Shown here: in pieces, positions 19,618 to 31,326 of the stretch
How the letters are laid out: each line of letters begins with the position of its first letter
Numbering within the stretch: the first letter of the stretch is position 1
Assembly (NCBI GenBank): GCA_963820525.1
Contig: CAWGAA010000001.1
Coordinates: forward strand, 2,944,001 to 3,008,000
Length of the DNA: 64,000 bases
Direction of reading: 5' to 3'
Origin: an uncultured Spirochaetota bacterium
GTDB taxonomy: Bacteria > Spirochaetota > Spirochaetia > SZUA-6 > Fen-1364
Position numbers and translations under genes: made by a program
Notes under the pieces: model-generated
The model's input: only the letters and a program-made list of their open reading frames with translations
The model's database searches: none
What the model was told of the DNA's origin: nothing

Positions 19618-21213
19618 TCACAGTTTTTCCATTATGCTCTCAACGTCTTCGTCGAAGCGCACCGATATCCTCTTCACCAGGAAGCGATATGCCACTCCGG
19701 CGGCGATGAGACACCCCGCCATCGCCGCGTCGTAGGAAGCGGAGCCGAACGGGGCGATGGATCGGTTGACGAGGAACGGCACCGCCCAGACGGCAATGGG
19801 GAAAAGCTGGTTCACGAACACCCCGCCCCGGTCCGCCGTCTTCGATTCGACACGCCGGCTCACTTGAGGCACCAGGATCGAGCTCACGTTTCCCCAGAGA
19901 ATCACGAGCGCCGAAAGGACCGCAGCGGTCATCGCAAGGCTGACGGCGTATCGTGCCGTCGTTCTCAGTCCCGTCGCCAGAACGAGCAGGGCCATGGGAA
20001 CGGCTGTCGAGGCAAGGTAGGCGAGATTCTTGGCAATGAACAGTTTCCCCCAGTCCAGGGAGAAAAGCGCGTATCGCCTCACCGCGCCGCCGTCGTGGCC
20101 GAAGACGTTCGAGGGGTAGGAGAAACTCGCAATGAAAGCGATCGCCGCTCCGAGTATTGCGATGTTCACCGTTGGCTCTCGCGAAAAGACAAGCCATAGG
20201 GAGAATCCGATTCCGGCCAGAAGGGCGAGTCTCGCTCCCGCAGCGCCCGCCAGGTAGGTGCTTTCATGGGAGAACAGGATTCCGAGGCTTCCCTTCCAGC
20301 GCGGGGTTCGAGGAAAGCGTCCCATTCCCCGGCGGCGCCAAGGCAGCCCCCATGCCCGGAGCGCCGGCGCTCTCTCTCTGTTCCGCGGCGGGGCCGAGAG
20401 AGCACGGCGGGCGAGGAGGGCGCTCGCCGCAAGGGCGGCAGCCGCGACCCCCAGGGCGAAAAGGGGTCGAAGCGCCCGCCCCAGTTCATCTCCGGCCGCC
20501 ATGATCCAGGCTGAAGGACTCCAGGGTCTGAGATTGGAAAGAAAGCCGCGGCCTCCGTCGGTGAGGAGCGTCGGCCTCTGGAACACGAGAAGCGTTACCG
20601 CCCCGTCGCTCCAATGAAAGTCGAAGTTTGCGGCAACGAGGCCGAGCATGACGGCGGCGAATGCTATTCTCAAGAAATGTGAAAGGGCTCTTGCTCCAGG
20701 GAGGAGGGAGAAGGCCGTGCTCGCCGCCCACCCGGCGATATAGGAGGCGAGAAACGAAGCGAGCAGCGTGAGAACCGCGGGGAGCGGATGGGAGATGAAG
20801 AACAGGGGCAGAACAGCGGGCGCCAGGAATGGCACGACGATCCAGCCCATGGGGTTTGCAAACAGTCCGCCCAGCTCCGCGAAAAAGAGCGATGAGAACG
20901 GCGCCGGGGAGGAGCCGAGCCGTCTCCTGTTCATGCTCATGGCCCCGAGCGATAACGACGACACGAGGAACACGGTGATGAAAACGACAACCAGGAGATG
21001 CAGCATGCTGAACTCCGCGATGGCGAGCCCCGCAACCCGGGACCCGGCGGAAAGCTCGCGCACCGCCAGGGAGCAGTTTGCGGCGAATCTGATGAAAATA
21101 ACGGCGAACATCCATGCGGCGAAGATCATGTCGCCCTTGCGGATGGTCTGCTCCTTGAGACCCCGCCTGCGGTGGCTCGCCGCGGCGGAGAGAAGCTCAC
21201 CTACGAGACCCAT
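19618..21213 (-). CDS. Putative ABC-2 exporter membrane protein
   Basis: About 12 TM segments. Overlaps the 3' end of the ABC ATPase. Confidence 0.75.
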   Translation of the reverse strand: MGLVGELLSAAASHRRRGLKEQTIRKGDMIFAAWMFAVIFIRFAANCSLAVRELSAGSRVAGLAIAEFSMLHLLVVVFITVFLVSSLSLGAMSMNRRRLGSSPAPFSSLFFAELGGLFANPMGWIVVPFLAPAVLPLFFISHPLPAVLTLLASFLASYIAGWAASTAFSLLPGARALSHFLRIAFAAVMLGLVAANFDFHWSDGAVTLLVFQRPTLLTDGGRGFLSNLRPWSPSAWIMAAGDELGRALRPLFALGVAAAALAASALLARRALSAPPRNRERAPALRAWGLPWRRRGMGRFPRTPRWKGSLGILFSHESTYLAGAAGARLALLAGIGFSLWLVFSREPTVNIAILGAAIAFIASFSYPSNVFGHDGGAVRRYALFSLDWGKLFIAKNLAYLASTAVPMALLVLATGLRTTARYAVSLAMTAAVLSALVILWGNVSSILVPQVSRRVESKTADRGGVFVNQLFPIAVWAVPFLVNRSIAPFGSASYDAAMAGCLIAAGVAYRFLVKRISVRFDEDVESIMEKL

Positions 21214-21959
21214 GACAACCCGACGGCGGTTCCCGCCGAACCGCTCACGGCCTTCGCGTACGTCTCTTCCAGGGATCTGCCGGAGGCCGTGATCCTTTCC
21301 AACGGCTCGTCCAGTGCGACGGCTCCCCCGGCTATTATCAGGCAGCGGTCTATCAGGGTCTCCGCCGAGTCGAGGATATGGGAGGAGAGAACGATGGTCA
21401 CGCCGCCGCGCGCCATCCGCCTGAGGAGGTCCTTGATGTCCTTCACGACGATGGCGTCGATGCCGTTCAGCGCCTCGTCGAGGAAAAGGAACCGCGGCCC
21501 GTGAATGACGGCCAGGCCGAAGGCGAGCTTCTTTCTCGTGCCATGGGAAGCCTCGCGGACCACGGTGCCGGCGAACTCTCCGAGTCTGAGGAAATCAAGA
21601 AGCTCCCCGGTCCGTTTGCCGGTCTCCGCCGGCGAGAGACCGTAGAGCCTGCCGACAAGGCGGAGGTGCTCTTCAACGGTGAGGTACTCGAAGAGCGAGA
21701 GATCCTCCAGCACAACCCCGATGGCCTTCCGCCACTGGGTCATGTGCGCGAAGATTGACCGGCCCTCCCACAGGACGTCTCCCGAGGATGGCCGCAGGAA
21801 GCCGGTGAGGATGTTGATCGTCGTGGACTTGCCCGCGCCGTTGGGGCCCAACAGGCCCAGGATCTCTCCCCGGGCAACGTCCAGTGAGATGCCGCGCACG
21901 GCCGTGAGCGTGCCGAAGCTCCTGGTGAGCTCCGTGAGGCGCAGGTGAGTTTCAGCCAT
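21201..21959 (-). CDS. ABC exporter ATP-binding protein
   Basis: Motifs GPNGAGKST, 'SHGTRKK', 'FLDEALNGID', 'SSH'. Confidence 0.95.
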   Translation of the reverse strand: MAETHLRLTELTRSFGTLTAVRGISLDVARGEILGLLGPNGAGKSTTINILTGFLRPSSGDVLWEGRSIFAHMTQWRKAIGVVLEDLSLFEYLTVEEHLRLVGRLYGLSPAETGKRTGELLDFLRLGEFAGTVVREASHGTRKKLAFGLAVIHGPRFLFLDEALNGIDAIVVKDIKDLLRRMARGGVTIVLSSHILDSAETLIDRCLIIAGGAVALDEPLERITASGRSLEETYAKAVSGSAGTAVGLSWVS

Positions 21960-22113
21960 GTCATGAAGGGTGCCCTTTTTGATGAAGGAGCGTCAAGAAA
22001 TCCGCCGGCGGGGCCAACCCGTTACGCCCCGCAGCCGCGCTTTTTCCCCGGCATCCTTGACACTCCACCTGCGGACTTTTAGAATGCGCAATACCTCAAG
22101 GAGACTCGACGAA

Positions 22114-23328
22114 ATGCTTAAAATCGAGAATATCGGAATCATCACCAGCGGCGGCGACTGTGGAGGGCTCAATGCCGTGATCCAGGGCGCCGCTCAGATG
22201 GCTCTGGCCAAGGGCCTCGGCGCTTTCATAATTCCCAACGGATATGCCGGGCTGTACAACCTGGTCGATATGAAGAGCCTGGTGCGGCTCGACATCCCGC
22301 GGCTTGAGATGATCAAGTCCGCGCTGGCCGGCTCCGAGGCGGGCCATTCCCGCGTGAAAATCTCCAAGATCCCGGACCCCAACAAGTACGAGAGGATCAA
22401 GGAAGGCCTGAAGAAGTTCAACATCGGGGGCCTGATCATCTCCGGCGGCGACGACACGGGAAGCGTGGTGGTTGACCTCTCCAGCCAGGGCATCCCCTGC
22501 GTGCACGCTCCCAAGACCATGGATCTCGACCTTCAGACCTATTCCGTCGGCGCGGATTCGGCCATCAACAGGATTTCCGGCTTCGTGGAGGACCTGAAGA
22601 CCACGGGCATGTCGCACAGCCGGATCATGGTCATCGAAGTCTTCGGCCGCTACGCGGGCCACACGGCTTTCCGCGGCGGCATCGGGGCGGACGCGGACTG
22701 CATCCTCATCCCCGAGGTGCCGGTGGATTGGGACGTGGTCTACGCGGATATGAAGAAGAGCTTCATCCGCCGCGTGCGGGAAAGCGACGTGCACGCCGGA
22801 ACGTACACGATCGTTGTCGCGGAGGGCGTCAAGAACGCCTCCGGCGAGCTTCTCACCGACGAGTCGGCGGGCAAGGACGCCTTCGGCCACGTGAAACTGG
22901 CCGGCGCGGGCAAGTACGTCCGCCAGCAGATGGAGATCCGCCTCAAGAATGATCCCGAGATCAAGGAGTTCATGATTGCGGAGGGGATGTTCGTGCCGGA
23001 CCTGTACGAGGTCCCCGAGGTGCGGGAATGCGTCCCGGGCCACCTCATCAGATCGGGAAACTCCTCGGCATACGACGTGAACTTCGGCAAGGAGGCGGGC
23101 GGAGGCGCGGTCCTCCTTCTCCTGGCCGGGATCACGGGTATGACGATCTGGAACGTGGACGAAGGTGAAGTGCGCTACCTCCCCACCAAGGAAGCCATCA
23201 AGCAGAGGCACGTGGATGTGGCGACCGTGGCTTTCCATGAAGCACTCGGGGTCTGCTTCGGCCGCAAGGTCGAGCCCCTGGTTCCCAAGTTCCTCGAGAA
23301 AAAGGGCAAGGTCGATCGCTACCTCTAG
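22114..23328 (+). CDS. 6-phosphofructokinase family, PPi-type signature
   Basis: Motifs 'TSGGDCGGLN', 'GGDDT', 'PKTMDLD', 'EVFGRYAGH', 'LIPE', 'VVAEG'. Confidence 0.92.
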   Translation: MLKIENIGIITSGGDCGGLNAVIQGAAQMALAKGLGAFIIPNGYAGLYNLVDMKSLVRLDIPRLEMIKSALAGSEAGHSRVKISKIPDPNKYERIKEGLKKFNIGGLIISGGDDTGSVVVDLSSQGIPCVHAPKTMDLDLQTYSVGADSAINRISGFVEDLKTTGMSHSRIMVIEVFGRYAGHTAFRGGIGADADCILIPEVPVDWDVVYADMKKSFIRRVRESDVHAGTYTIVVAEGVKNASGELLTDESAGKDAFGHVKLAGAGKYVRQQMEIRLKNDPEIKEFMIAEGMFVPDLYEVPEVRECVPGHLIRSGNSSAYDVNFGKEAGGGAVLLLLAGITGMTIWNVDEGEVRYLPTKEAIKQRHVDVATVAFHEALGVCFGRKVEPLVPKFLEKKGKVDRYL

Positions 23329-23394
23329 GGCAGGCGGCGGCCAATCTCCATCAGAGTGCCGGCGCTTTCCGGCGCCGGCCTCGGACTCAAGTGA

Positions 23395-24827
<1,433 letters not shown>

Positions 24828-24828
<1 letters not shown>

Positions 24829-25925
24829 TGAGGGGGGCCCCGGCGGCTGAGGGGAAGCCTCGATTGCGCGCGCTCATCGGGGCCGCCGCCGCATCGGCGG
24901 TGCTTGTCACTTTTGCCCTCTGCTCCTGCTCTGCGGCATCCCCCGATGCCCTCTGGTACCAGCTTCAGTCGGGCAGGCTCCAGAGAATCGCGGGAATCGG
25001 CTCGGCGCAATCCACTCCGCTTCAGCCCTGGACAGTGCAGGCCCGCCTGGCGGACGAGGCGTTCTTCCATGGCACCCTTTACTTTGCCGTGAACGGCTAC
25101 GGCATCCTCGCGGCCGACGTGGAAGGCACGTCGCCCGTCTTCCAGTATCTCTATGACTCCACGATCTTTTCACACCGGACGGTGACGGACCTCGTCCCGC
25201 GAAAGGATGGGCTCGTCGCCCACCTCTATTTCAACGAGATTCTCAACACGGCGGATCGGGCCGCCCTTTCTTCCCGCGGCATCAGTCTCGTGAATCTCGA
25301 CACATCCAAAGGCGGGTTCGCATTCATCACGCCGCCGTTTCAGAAGCGGGACCCGCAGTGGGAAGCCGTCGGATTTCTGGCCAGGGGGCAGGATGATTTT
25401 CTCTTCGAATGGAAGCTTTCCGGCCCGACGGAGACGCGCTTCGCCTACACCTGGTTCAACCCGGACTCGGGGGAAGAGCAAACGATATCGCGAGAGTCGT
25501 ACATCGCCGCGTACCAGCTCTCTTCAGCGGCGGGTTCCGGACCAGACGCCTCGGAGGCCGGCCTTTTCGCGGTTGTCCGGAAAAACCTGCCGGAACTAAC
25601 GGACCAGAACGCAGTCCATTTCAGCCTGCTGTCCCTGGGCAATCCGGTGAAAAGGCTGTACCGAAGCGGCGAGGGGATCTCCTCCCTCCTCTCGGTCCCG
25701 ATCTTCCAGGAGGGAAGCGCCTCCTTCGTCCTTCTTCCGGCCGGAAGGGTGCTCCGCGTGTCCGCGGCAGGGGCGGCAGACTTCATCGCGCTTCCCGCGC
25801 TGCCTCCCCGCTTAAGCTATACCGGCATCGTGAAGGTGGGCGATTCTCTGGTGCTGCCCTGGGAGGAGTCCCGGTTCACCGATGTCGGTTCGGCTGGAAT
25901 GCTTGTCTTCAAGCTTCCGAAATAG
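24828..25925 (+). CDS. Hypothetical exported/lipoprotein
   Basis: ATG overlaps the proS stop. Signal-like segment ends 'ALCSC'. Confidence 0.75.
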
Positions 25926-25934
25926 GACGGGAAA

Positions 25935-26687
25935 TCACCGGACGGGTTCCTTCTTGCGGCCGCCGATGGTGGGCTCTCCTCCCGGCTTCGGGCCCTTGTT
26001 CATGAACATCCCGGCGTCGAAGAGAATGGGCTCCTCGATAATGAAGCCCTCCGCGTAGGCCACGCCCGCGGCGATCCCGTAGGTCTGGCGGAACTTCCGC
26101 AGGCCTTCCAACACCTTGCCGTCTCTCAGGCTCATCTGGGACTCGTGGCAGCGCGCTATGGCGTCCCATTCCTCCATGTAATCGGAGACATCGTTCACAA
26201 GGTTGGGCCGCGAGGACCGGGGGACCATGTAGTAGATGATATGCTCGGCGTTCCAGGGCTCCCCCGAGACTTCCTTCAAGCCGGAGAAGCGGGCGTAGCG
26301 CGCGGCGCTCTTCGCGATGAGCCCCGTTGCCGTGTGATCGGGGTGCGCCGCTCCGTCGTTGTGCGACGCGGGGTTGAAGTGGTAGGGCGCAAAGATGATC
26401 CGCGGCCTGTATTTCCTGATAACCGCAGCCAGCGCCACCCTGCTTTCGAAGGAGTCGAAGATCCGGCAGTCCTGGAACCCCAGGATCTCCAGCTCTCCTC
26501 CCAGCCGGGAAGCTGCGTTTCTCATCTCCTGCTCGCGCTGCTCCGGGGTGCCGAATGTCCCGGCTTCTCCGCGGGTGAGGACGCAGAGAGCCACCGATAG
26601 TCCGCTTCGGACGAACTTCACCATGCTTGCACCCATGCCGAACTCCGCGTCGTCGGGATGGGCGCCGAACACCAGAATATCAGCCAT
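25935..26687 (-). CDS. PIG-L/LmbE-family (BshB1-like) deacetylase
   Basis: Motifs 'AHPDDAE', 'LTRGEAG', 'HPDH', 'CHESQ', 'YAEGF'. Confidence 0.92.
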   Translation of the reverse strand: MADILVFGAHPDDAEFGMGASMVKFVRSGLSVALCVLTRGEAGTFGTPEQREQEMRNAASRLGGELEILGFQDCRIFDSFESRVALAAVIRKYRPRIIFAPYHFNPASHNDGAAHPDHTATGLIAKSAARYARFSGLKEVSGEPWNAEHIIYYMVPRSSRPNLVNDVSDYMEEWDAIARCHESQMSLRDGKVLEGLRKFRQTYGIAAGVAYAEGFIIEEPILFDAGMFMNKGPKPGGEPTIGGRKKEPVR

Positions 26688-26778
26688 CGTATTTGAGGAT
26701 ACGAACCGCCGAGTGCCTCAGTCAAGCGATCTCTCCTTGACAACAACGCTTCGGATTCGTCATTCTCGAAGTGCTGTC

Positions 26779-28065
26779 ATGGAGCTTCACAAGGTTCCCC
26801 TGCTGATGAGCAACAGGCTGTTCCGGGGACTCTCCCGGGGACAGGTGGAGGAGTTCGCCTCGCACCTGGTGGAGGAAGAGTTCCCCACCGATGAGTTCAT
26901 CATCCGGGAAAGCCAGCCGGCGGACCGCGTGTACGTCCTCGTCGAGGGGAAGGCCACGGTCCAGAAGCACCTCTCGGCGTCCGGGGCCGAGGAGGTTGAG
27001 ATCGCGGTCCTCGAGGCGGGAGACTTTTTCGGCGAGATGTCCTTCTTCTCCGAGGCGAGCGAACGCTCGGCGAGCATCCGCGCCCTCTCCCCGGTGCGGG
27101 CCTACTCCCTGCGCAGGGAGGAGTTCACCATCCTGCTTGCCGAGCATCCCGAGGTCATGAGGAACATCCTCTCCAACATTGTGATCCAGCTTCAGGCCTC
27201 CAACCTGCGCTTCATCGAGCGGCTGCGCCGGGAGAAGGGGGAGCTCGAGGAGAAGGTTGTGGAACGAACGCGCGAGCTTTCCCGCATGTCGGCGAGACTC
27301 GAGCGGGAGCTGGCCATCGCCCAGAACATCCAGAGGAACCTCCTCCCGGAGAAGGCCGTGAACTTTCCCCGCGTCTCGATCCGCACGGAGTACCTTCCCT
27401 GCGAAGAGCTCTCCGGCGACATCATCGGGGTGCTCCCCGTGGACGAGTGGCGGATCGCCCTTTACGGCGGGGACGTTTGCGGGCATGGGATCTACGCCGC
27501 CGTGGTCATGAGCTACGTGAAAAAGCTCATCGAGACCTCGGTGAAGCGCGTCCTTCTCAACCACCACTTCGTGGTAAAGCCCCCGGGAGCCGTGCTCTCC
27601 TCGATCAACAGGAGCTTCATCTCGGAGATCAGCCTGGGAGACCCCGAGATCTATCTCACGCTTTTTCTCGCGGTTCTCGACACGCGAAGCCTCCGCTTCG
27701 AGTACTCCTCCGCCGGCATCCACGTGCCGCCCCTGGTGCTTTCCGGCGGGCGCATGAAGGAGCTGTTCGCGGGCTCCGATATCCCGATCGGCGTGGTAAG
27801 CGATCATGACTATGTCACCGAATCCGCGGTTTTCAGGCCCGGCGACGCCCTGTTCTTCGTAAGCGACGGCGTCGTCGAGGCCCGCAGGGGCGAAGAGGCC
27901 TTCGGCATCGAAAGGCTGAAGCGGGAAGCCCTGCCCATCCTGACCGGCCCCAGCGAGCCGGACCTGGACGCCATCGTAGCCCGCGTAAAGAACTTCCTCG
28001 GCGGTCAGAAGCCGGAAGACGACATGTGCTTCCTGCTCATGCGCGTGGGAGATCCGCAGGGATAA
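26779..28065 (+). CDS. cNMP-binding domain, coiled coil and SpoIIE/PP2C phosphatase
   Basis: Motifs 'GDFFGEMS...RSASIRA', 'ELSGD', 'GDVCGHG', 'SDGVVEA', 'EDDMC'. Confidence 0.92.
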   Translation: MELHKVPLLMSNRLFRGLSRGQVEEFASHLVEEEFPTDEFIIRESQPADRVYVLVEGKATVQKHLSASGAEEVEIAVLEAGDFFGEMSFFSEASERSASIRALSPVRAYSLRREEFTILLAEHPEVMRNILSNIVIQLQASNLRFIERLRREKGELEEKVVERTRELSRMSARLERELAIAQNIQRNLLPEKAVNFPRVSIRTEYLPCEELSGDIIGVLPVDEWRIALYGGDVCGHGIYAAVVMSYVKKLIETSVKRVLLNHHFVVKPPGAVLSSINRSFISEISLGDPEIYLTLFLAVLDTRSLRFEYSSAGIHVPPLVLSGGRMKELFAGSDIPIGVVSDHDYVTESAVFRPGDALFFVSDGVVEARRGEEAFGIERLKREALPILTGPSEPDLDAIVARVKNFLGGQKPEDDMCFLLMRVGDPQG

Positions 28066-28203
28066 GGGCGGGGGCGCTTTCCGCCGTCCCTGGCTCCAGC
28101 GCCCCTCCGCCATCCAAGCGGCGTTTTTCTCGCTTCGCTCGAAAAGCCGCCGCCGGGCTAGGGGTAGCCTCGCGGCCGAGCTTCCTGCTACTATTTTCGC
28201 GCA

Positions 28204-31200
28204 GTGCGGCTCGAAGTCTTCTACCGTGACGGCTTTCCCGACGGCAGGGCGCAGCGGCTCCTCTCCGCTCTCAGGCGGGGACTCACTGCCCAGGTCACCG
28301 ACCTCGGGATGGTCGACGTCTATCTCATCGAGGGCATTCCCGGGATTTCAGAAGAACTCTTGAGGGAGATCTTCTCCGATTCAGTCGCCCAGGACATCAT
28401 CATTGACCGCGCCGCGGTGGAGACGGGGTTTCACGCGGATTGGGACCGCCTTGTGGAGATCACCGCGCGGCCGGGAGTCACCGATCCGGTGGCCCTGACT
28501 GCTCGGGATGCGCTTCGCATGTCGCTGGAGGGCGGCCTGCCAGAGGACGCGGTCGTACAAACCGGGGTGCAGTACCTCGTGTCCATGAAGGGCCCCGCGA
28601 GCGCCCAACGGAGCGCCGGCGGTCCCGCTTTCGATGCCGATCTCCTTGCGCGATTCTTCCACAATCCCCTCATTCAGACCGCAACCTGCATCGGGCGGGT
28701 CGATTGGGACAACGGGAGAAGGCCCCTCCGTTCATACCCCCATACGGTGGCTGAAAGCCCCGCCTCCGTCGAGCGCATCGATCTCGATTCCCTGGGAGAC
28801 GGGGAGCTCGAAGCCCTTTCCCGGAAAAGGCTTCTGGCCCTCAGCCTTGCCGAGATGAAGGCCGTGCGGGGATACTTCCGCGCCCCCGACGTATGCGCCG
28901 AGCGCGAGCTCAGGGGTCTTTCGGCTTCCGCCACCGACGTGGAGCTCGAGATGATCGCCCAGACCTGGTCCGAGCACTGCAAGCACAAGATCTTCAACGC
29001 CACCATCCGCTACACCGAGGAGGGCGGGCCGAAGAACGGCGGCCAGACGATCAGCTCCCTGTTCGACACCTACATCAAAAAGACGACCGAGCAGATCGGC
29101 CGCTCCCGAACGGATCTGCGCTCCGTTTTCCACGATAATTCCGGGGTTGTGGCTTTCGACGAGGATACACTCCTCTGCTTCAAGGTGGAAACGCACAACT
29201 CCCCCTCGGCCCTGGATCCGTACGGCGGGGCGATCACGGGGATCGTGGGCGTGAACAGGGACATCCTGGGTACCGGCCTGGGGGCCAAGCCGATCTTTAA
29301 CACCGACGTGCTGTGCTTCGGCCTTCCCGATACGCCCGAGTCCGAAGTCCCGGAAGGGCTCCTCCATCCCCGGCGTGTGCTTGAAGGCGTGCATCGCGGC
29401 ATCGTGGATGGAGGAAACCAGTCCGGAATTCCCACCGTGGCCGGCGCTTTCCTCTTCGATGAGAGCTTCCTGGGAAAACCCCTGGTGTTCTGCGGGACGG
29501 GCGGCATCCTGCCCGCCTCCGTTGGCGGAAGGCCGTCGTGGGAAAAGAAGATCGAGCCGGGAGACCTTGCCGTGATGGCGGGCGGAAGGATCGGCAAGGA
29601 CGGCATCCATGGGGCCACATTCTCATCAGAGGCGCTGAGCGAGACCTCGCCCACCTCCGCCGTGCAGATCGGAGATCCGATCACGCAGAAGAAGATGCTC
29701 GACTTCCTTCTGGAGGCGAGGGACCTGGGGCTGTACCGTGGCCTCACCGACAACGGCGCCGGAGGGCTTTCCTCGTCACTGGGCGAGATGGCCTCCCTGA
29801 GCGGCGGAGTCCGCATCGAGCTCGATCGCTGCCCTCTGAAGTACAAGGGCCTGGCCCCCTGGGAGATCCTCGTCTCGGAGTCCCAGGAGCGGATGAGCTT
29901 CGCCGTGCCCCCCGAGAGTCTCGACGCCTTCCTCTCCCTTGCCGGAAAGAGGGAGGTGGAGGCCACCGTCGTGGGCGAGTTCACCTCATCCGGGCTGATC
30001 GAAGCGCTCTTCCGCGGCGAGCTCGTAGCGCTCGTGCGGCTGGAGTTCCTCCACAAGGGCCTCCCCGTGATGGAGCTGAATGCCCGTTGGACGGCGCCCG
30101 CGGCGTCTGCCGATGGGATTCCTTCCATCCCGTCGCTGAAGGAGACGATGCTTTCCATCCTGTCGGACCCAAACGTGGCGTCCAAGGAAGAGTGGGTCAG
30201 GCAGTACGATCACGAGGTGCAGGCCAGGTCCGTGATCAAGCCCTTTGTCGGCAGGGACCGCGACGCTCCTTCCGACGGCGCGGTGCTCAAGGTGCGGCCG
30301 GATTCCTGGCGCGGCATCACCGTGACGCATGGCATCTGCCCGTGGTACGGGGACTGGGACACCTTCGACATGGCCCAGTGCGCCGTGGACGAGGCGCTTC
30401 GGGCGCATGTCGCCCTGGGGGGAGATCCCGATGCCTGTTCCGCGCTGGACAATTTCTGCTGGCCGGATCCGGTGGAAGGCCCTGACAATCCGGACGGCGC
30501 TTTCAAGCTGGCCCAGCTGGTTCGCGCCTGCCGCGGCCTGGCGGAGGCCTGCACGGCATTCGGCCTTCCCCTCATTTCAGGCAAGGATTCGATGAAGAAC
30601 GACGCGAGGATCGGAGGGAAGAGGGTCTCGGTAAGGCCGACGCTCCTCGTTTCTCTCATGGGGATCGTCCCTGACGTGCGCGCCAGCGTCACCACGGACT
30701 TCAAGGCTCCGGGGGATTCCCTCTATGTTTTGGGGGAGACCCGCGGGGAGCTCGGCTGCACGCGCTTCCAGCGCGCGGTGCGAGAGCGGGCTGGAAAAAA
30801 CGCGGGCCGGCCGCTGGGCCGCGCTCCGGCCGCCGATAAAAGCCGGCCGGCAGGCCGCGCGCCCGCCGTCCATCCAGCCCGGGCGATGGAGTCCTACCGC
30901 AGGCTCCACCGGGCCATCCAGGGAGGCCTTGTCCGGTCCTGCCACGATCTTTCGGACGGCGGGCTGTGGGTAGCCATCGCCGAATCCGCGCTGGGCGGTG
31001 GATTCGGGGCGCGGGTGGAGCTCGACCTGCTTCCCGTCTCCGCGGATTGCGGGCGGGAGCCGGAACGGCTCGCCTTCTCGGAGACCCCTTCCCGTTTCCT
31101 CGTGAGCGTGGCTCCCCGCGATGAGCCCGCGTGGCGGTCTCTCATGCAGGGCCTTTCATCCGCCCGTGTGGGAGAGGTGACCTCGGGGAGCAAGGTGCGT

Positions 31201-31326
31201 CTCATGGCCCGAGGACGTGACGTGGCGGAGGCGGCTTTGGATGAGATCCGCCGCGCGTGGAAAAGCGGGGACTCCGATTCGGGCGGCGGCGGCCGCAGGG
31301 ACGCGGGCCCGGGAGATCCAGCGTGA
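28204..31326 (+). CDS. purL: Phosphoribosylformylglycinamidine synthase synthetase subunit (long form)
   Basis: Motifs 'QTWSEHCKHKIF', 'KVETHNSPSALDPYGGA', 'DNGAGG', 'SESQERM', 'ISGKDSM', 'HDLSDGG'. Confidence 0.96.
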   Translation: MRLEVFYRDGFPDGRAQRLLSALRRGLTAQVTDLGMVDVYLIEGIPGISEELLREIFSDSVAQDIIIDRAAVETGFHADWDRLVEITARPGVTDPVALTARDALRMSLEGGLPEDAVVQTGVQYLVSMKGPASAQRSAGGPAFDADLLARFFHNPLIQTATCIGRVDWDNGRRPLRSYPHTVAESPASVERIDLDSLGDGELEALSRKRLLALSLAEMKAVRGYFRAPDVCAERELRGLSASATDVELEMIAQTWSEHCKHKIFNATIRYTEEGGPKNGGQTISSLFDTYIKKTTEQIGRSRTDLRSVFHDNSGVVAFDEDTLLCFKVETHNSPSALDPYGGAITGIVGVNRDILGTGLGAKPIFNTDVLCFGLPDTPESEVPEGLLHPRRVLEGVHRGIVDGGNQSGIPTVAGAFLFDESFLGKPLVFCGTGGILPASVGGRPSWEKKIEPGDLAVMAGGRIGKDGIHGATFSSEALSETSPTSAVQIGDPITQKKMLDFLLEARDLGLYRGLTDNGAGGLSSSLGEMASLSGGVRIELDRCPLKYKGLAPWEILVSESQERMSFAVPPESLDAFLSLAGKREVEATVVGEFTSSGLIEALFRGELVALVRLEFLHKGLPVMELNARWTAPAASADGIPSIPSLKETMLSILSDPNVASKEEWVRQYDHEVQARSVIKPFVGRDRDAPSDGAVLKVRPDSWRGITVTHGICPWYGDWDTFDMAQCAVDEALRAHVALGGDPDACSALDNFCWPDPVEGPDNPDGAFKLAQLVRACRGLAEACTAFGLPLISGKDSMKNDARIGGKRVSVRPTLLVSLMGIVPDVRASVTTDFKAPGDSLYVLGETRGELGCTRFQRAVRERAGKNAGRPLGRAPAADKSRPAGRAPAVHPARAMESYRRLHRAIQGGLVRSCHDLSDGGLWVAIAESALGGGFGARVELDLLPVSADCGREPERLAFSETPSRFLVSVAPRDEPAWRSLMQGLSSARVGEVTSGSKVRLMARGRDVAEAALDEIRRAWKSGDSDSGGGGRRDAGPGDPA

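Noticed and set aside
25935..26687. Bacillithiol biosynthesis locus
   Set aside because: No bshA or bshC nearby, so the deacetylase substrate cannot be inferred.
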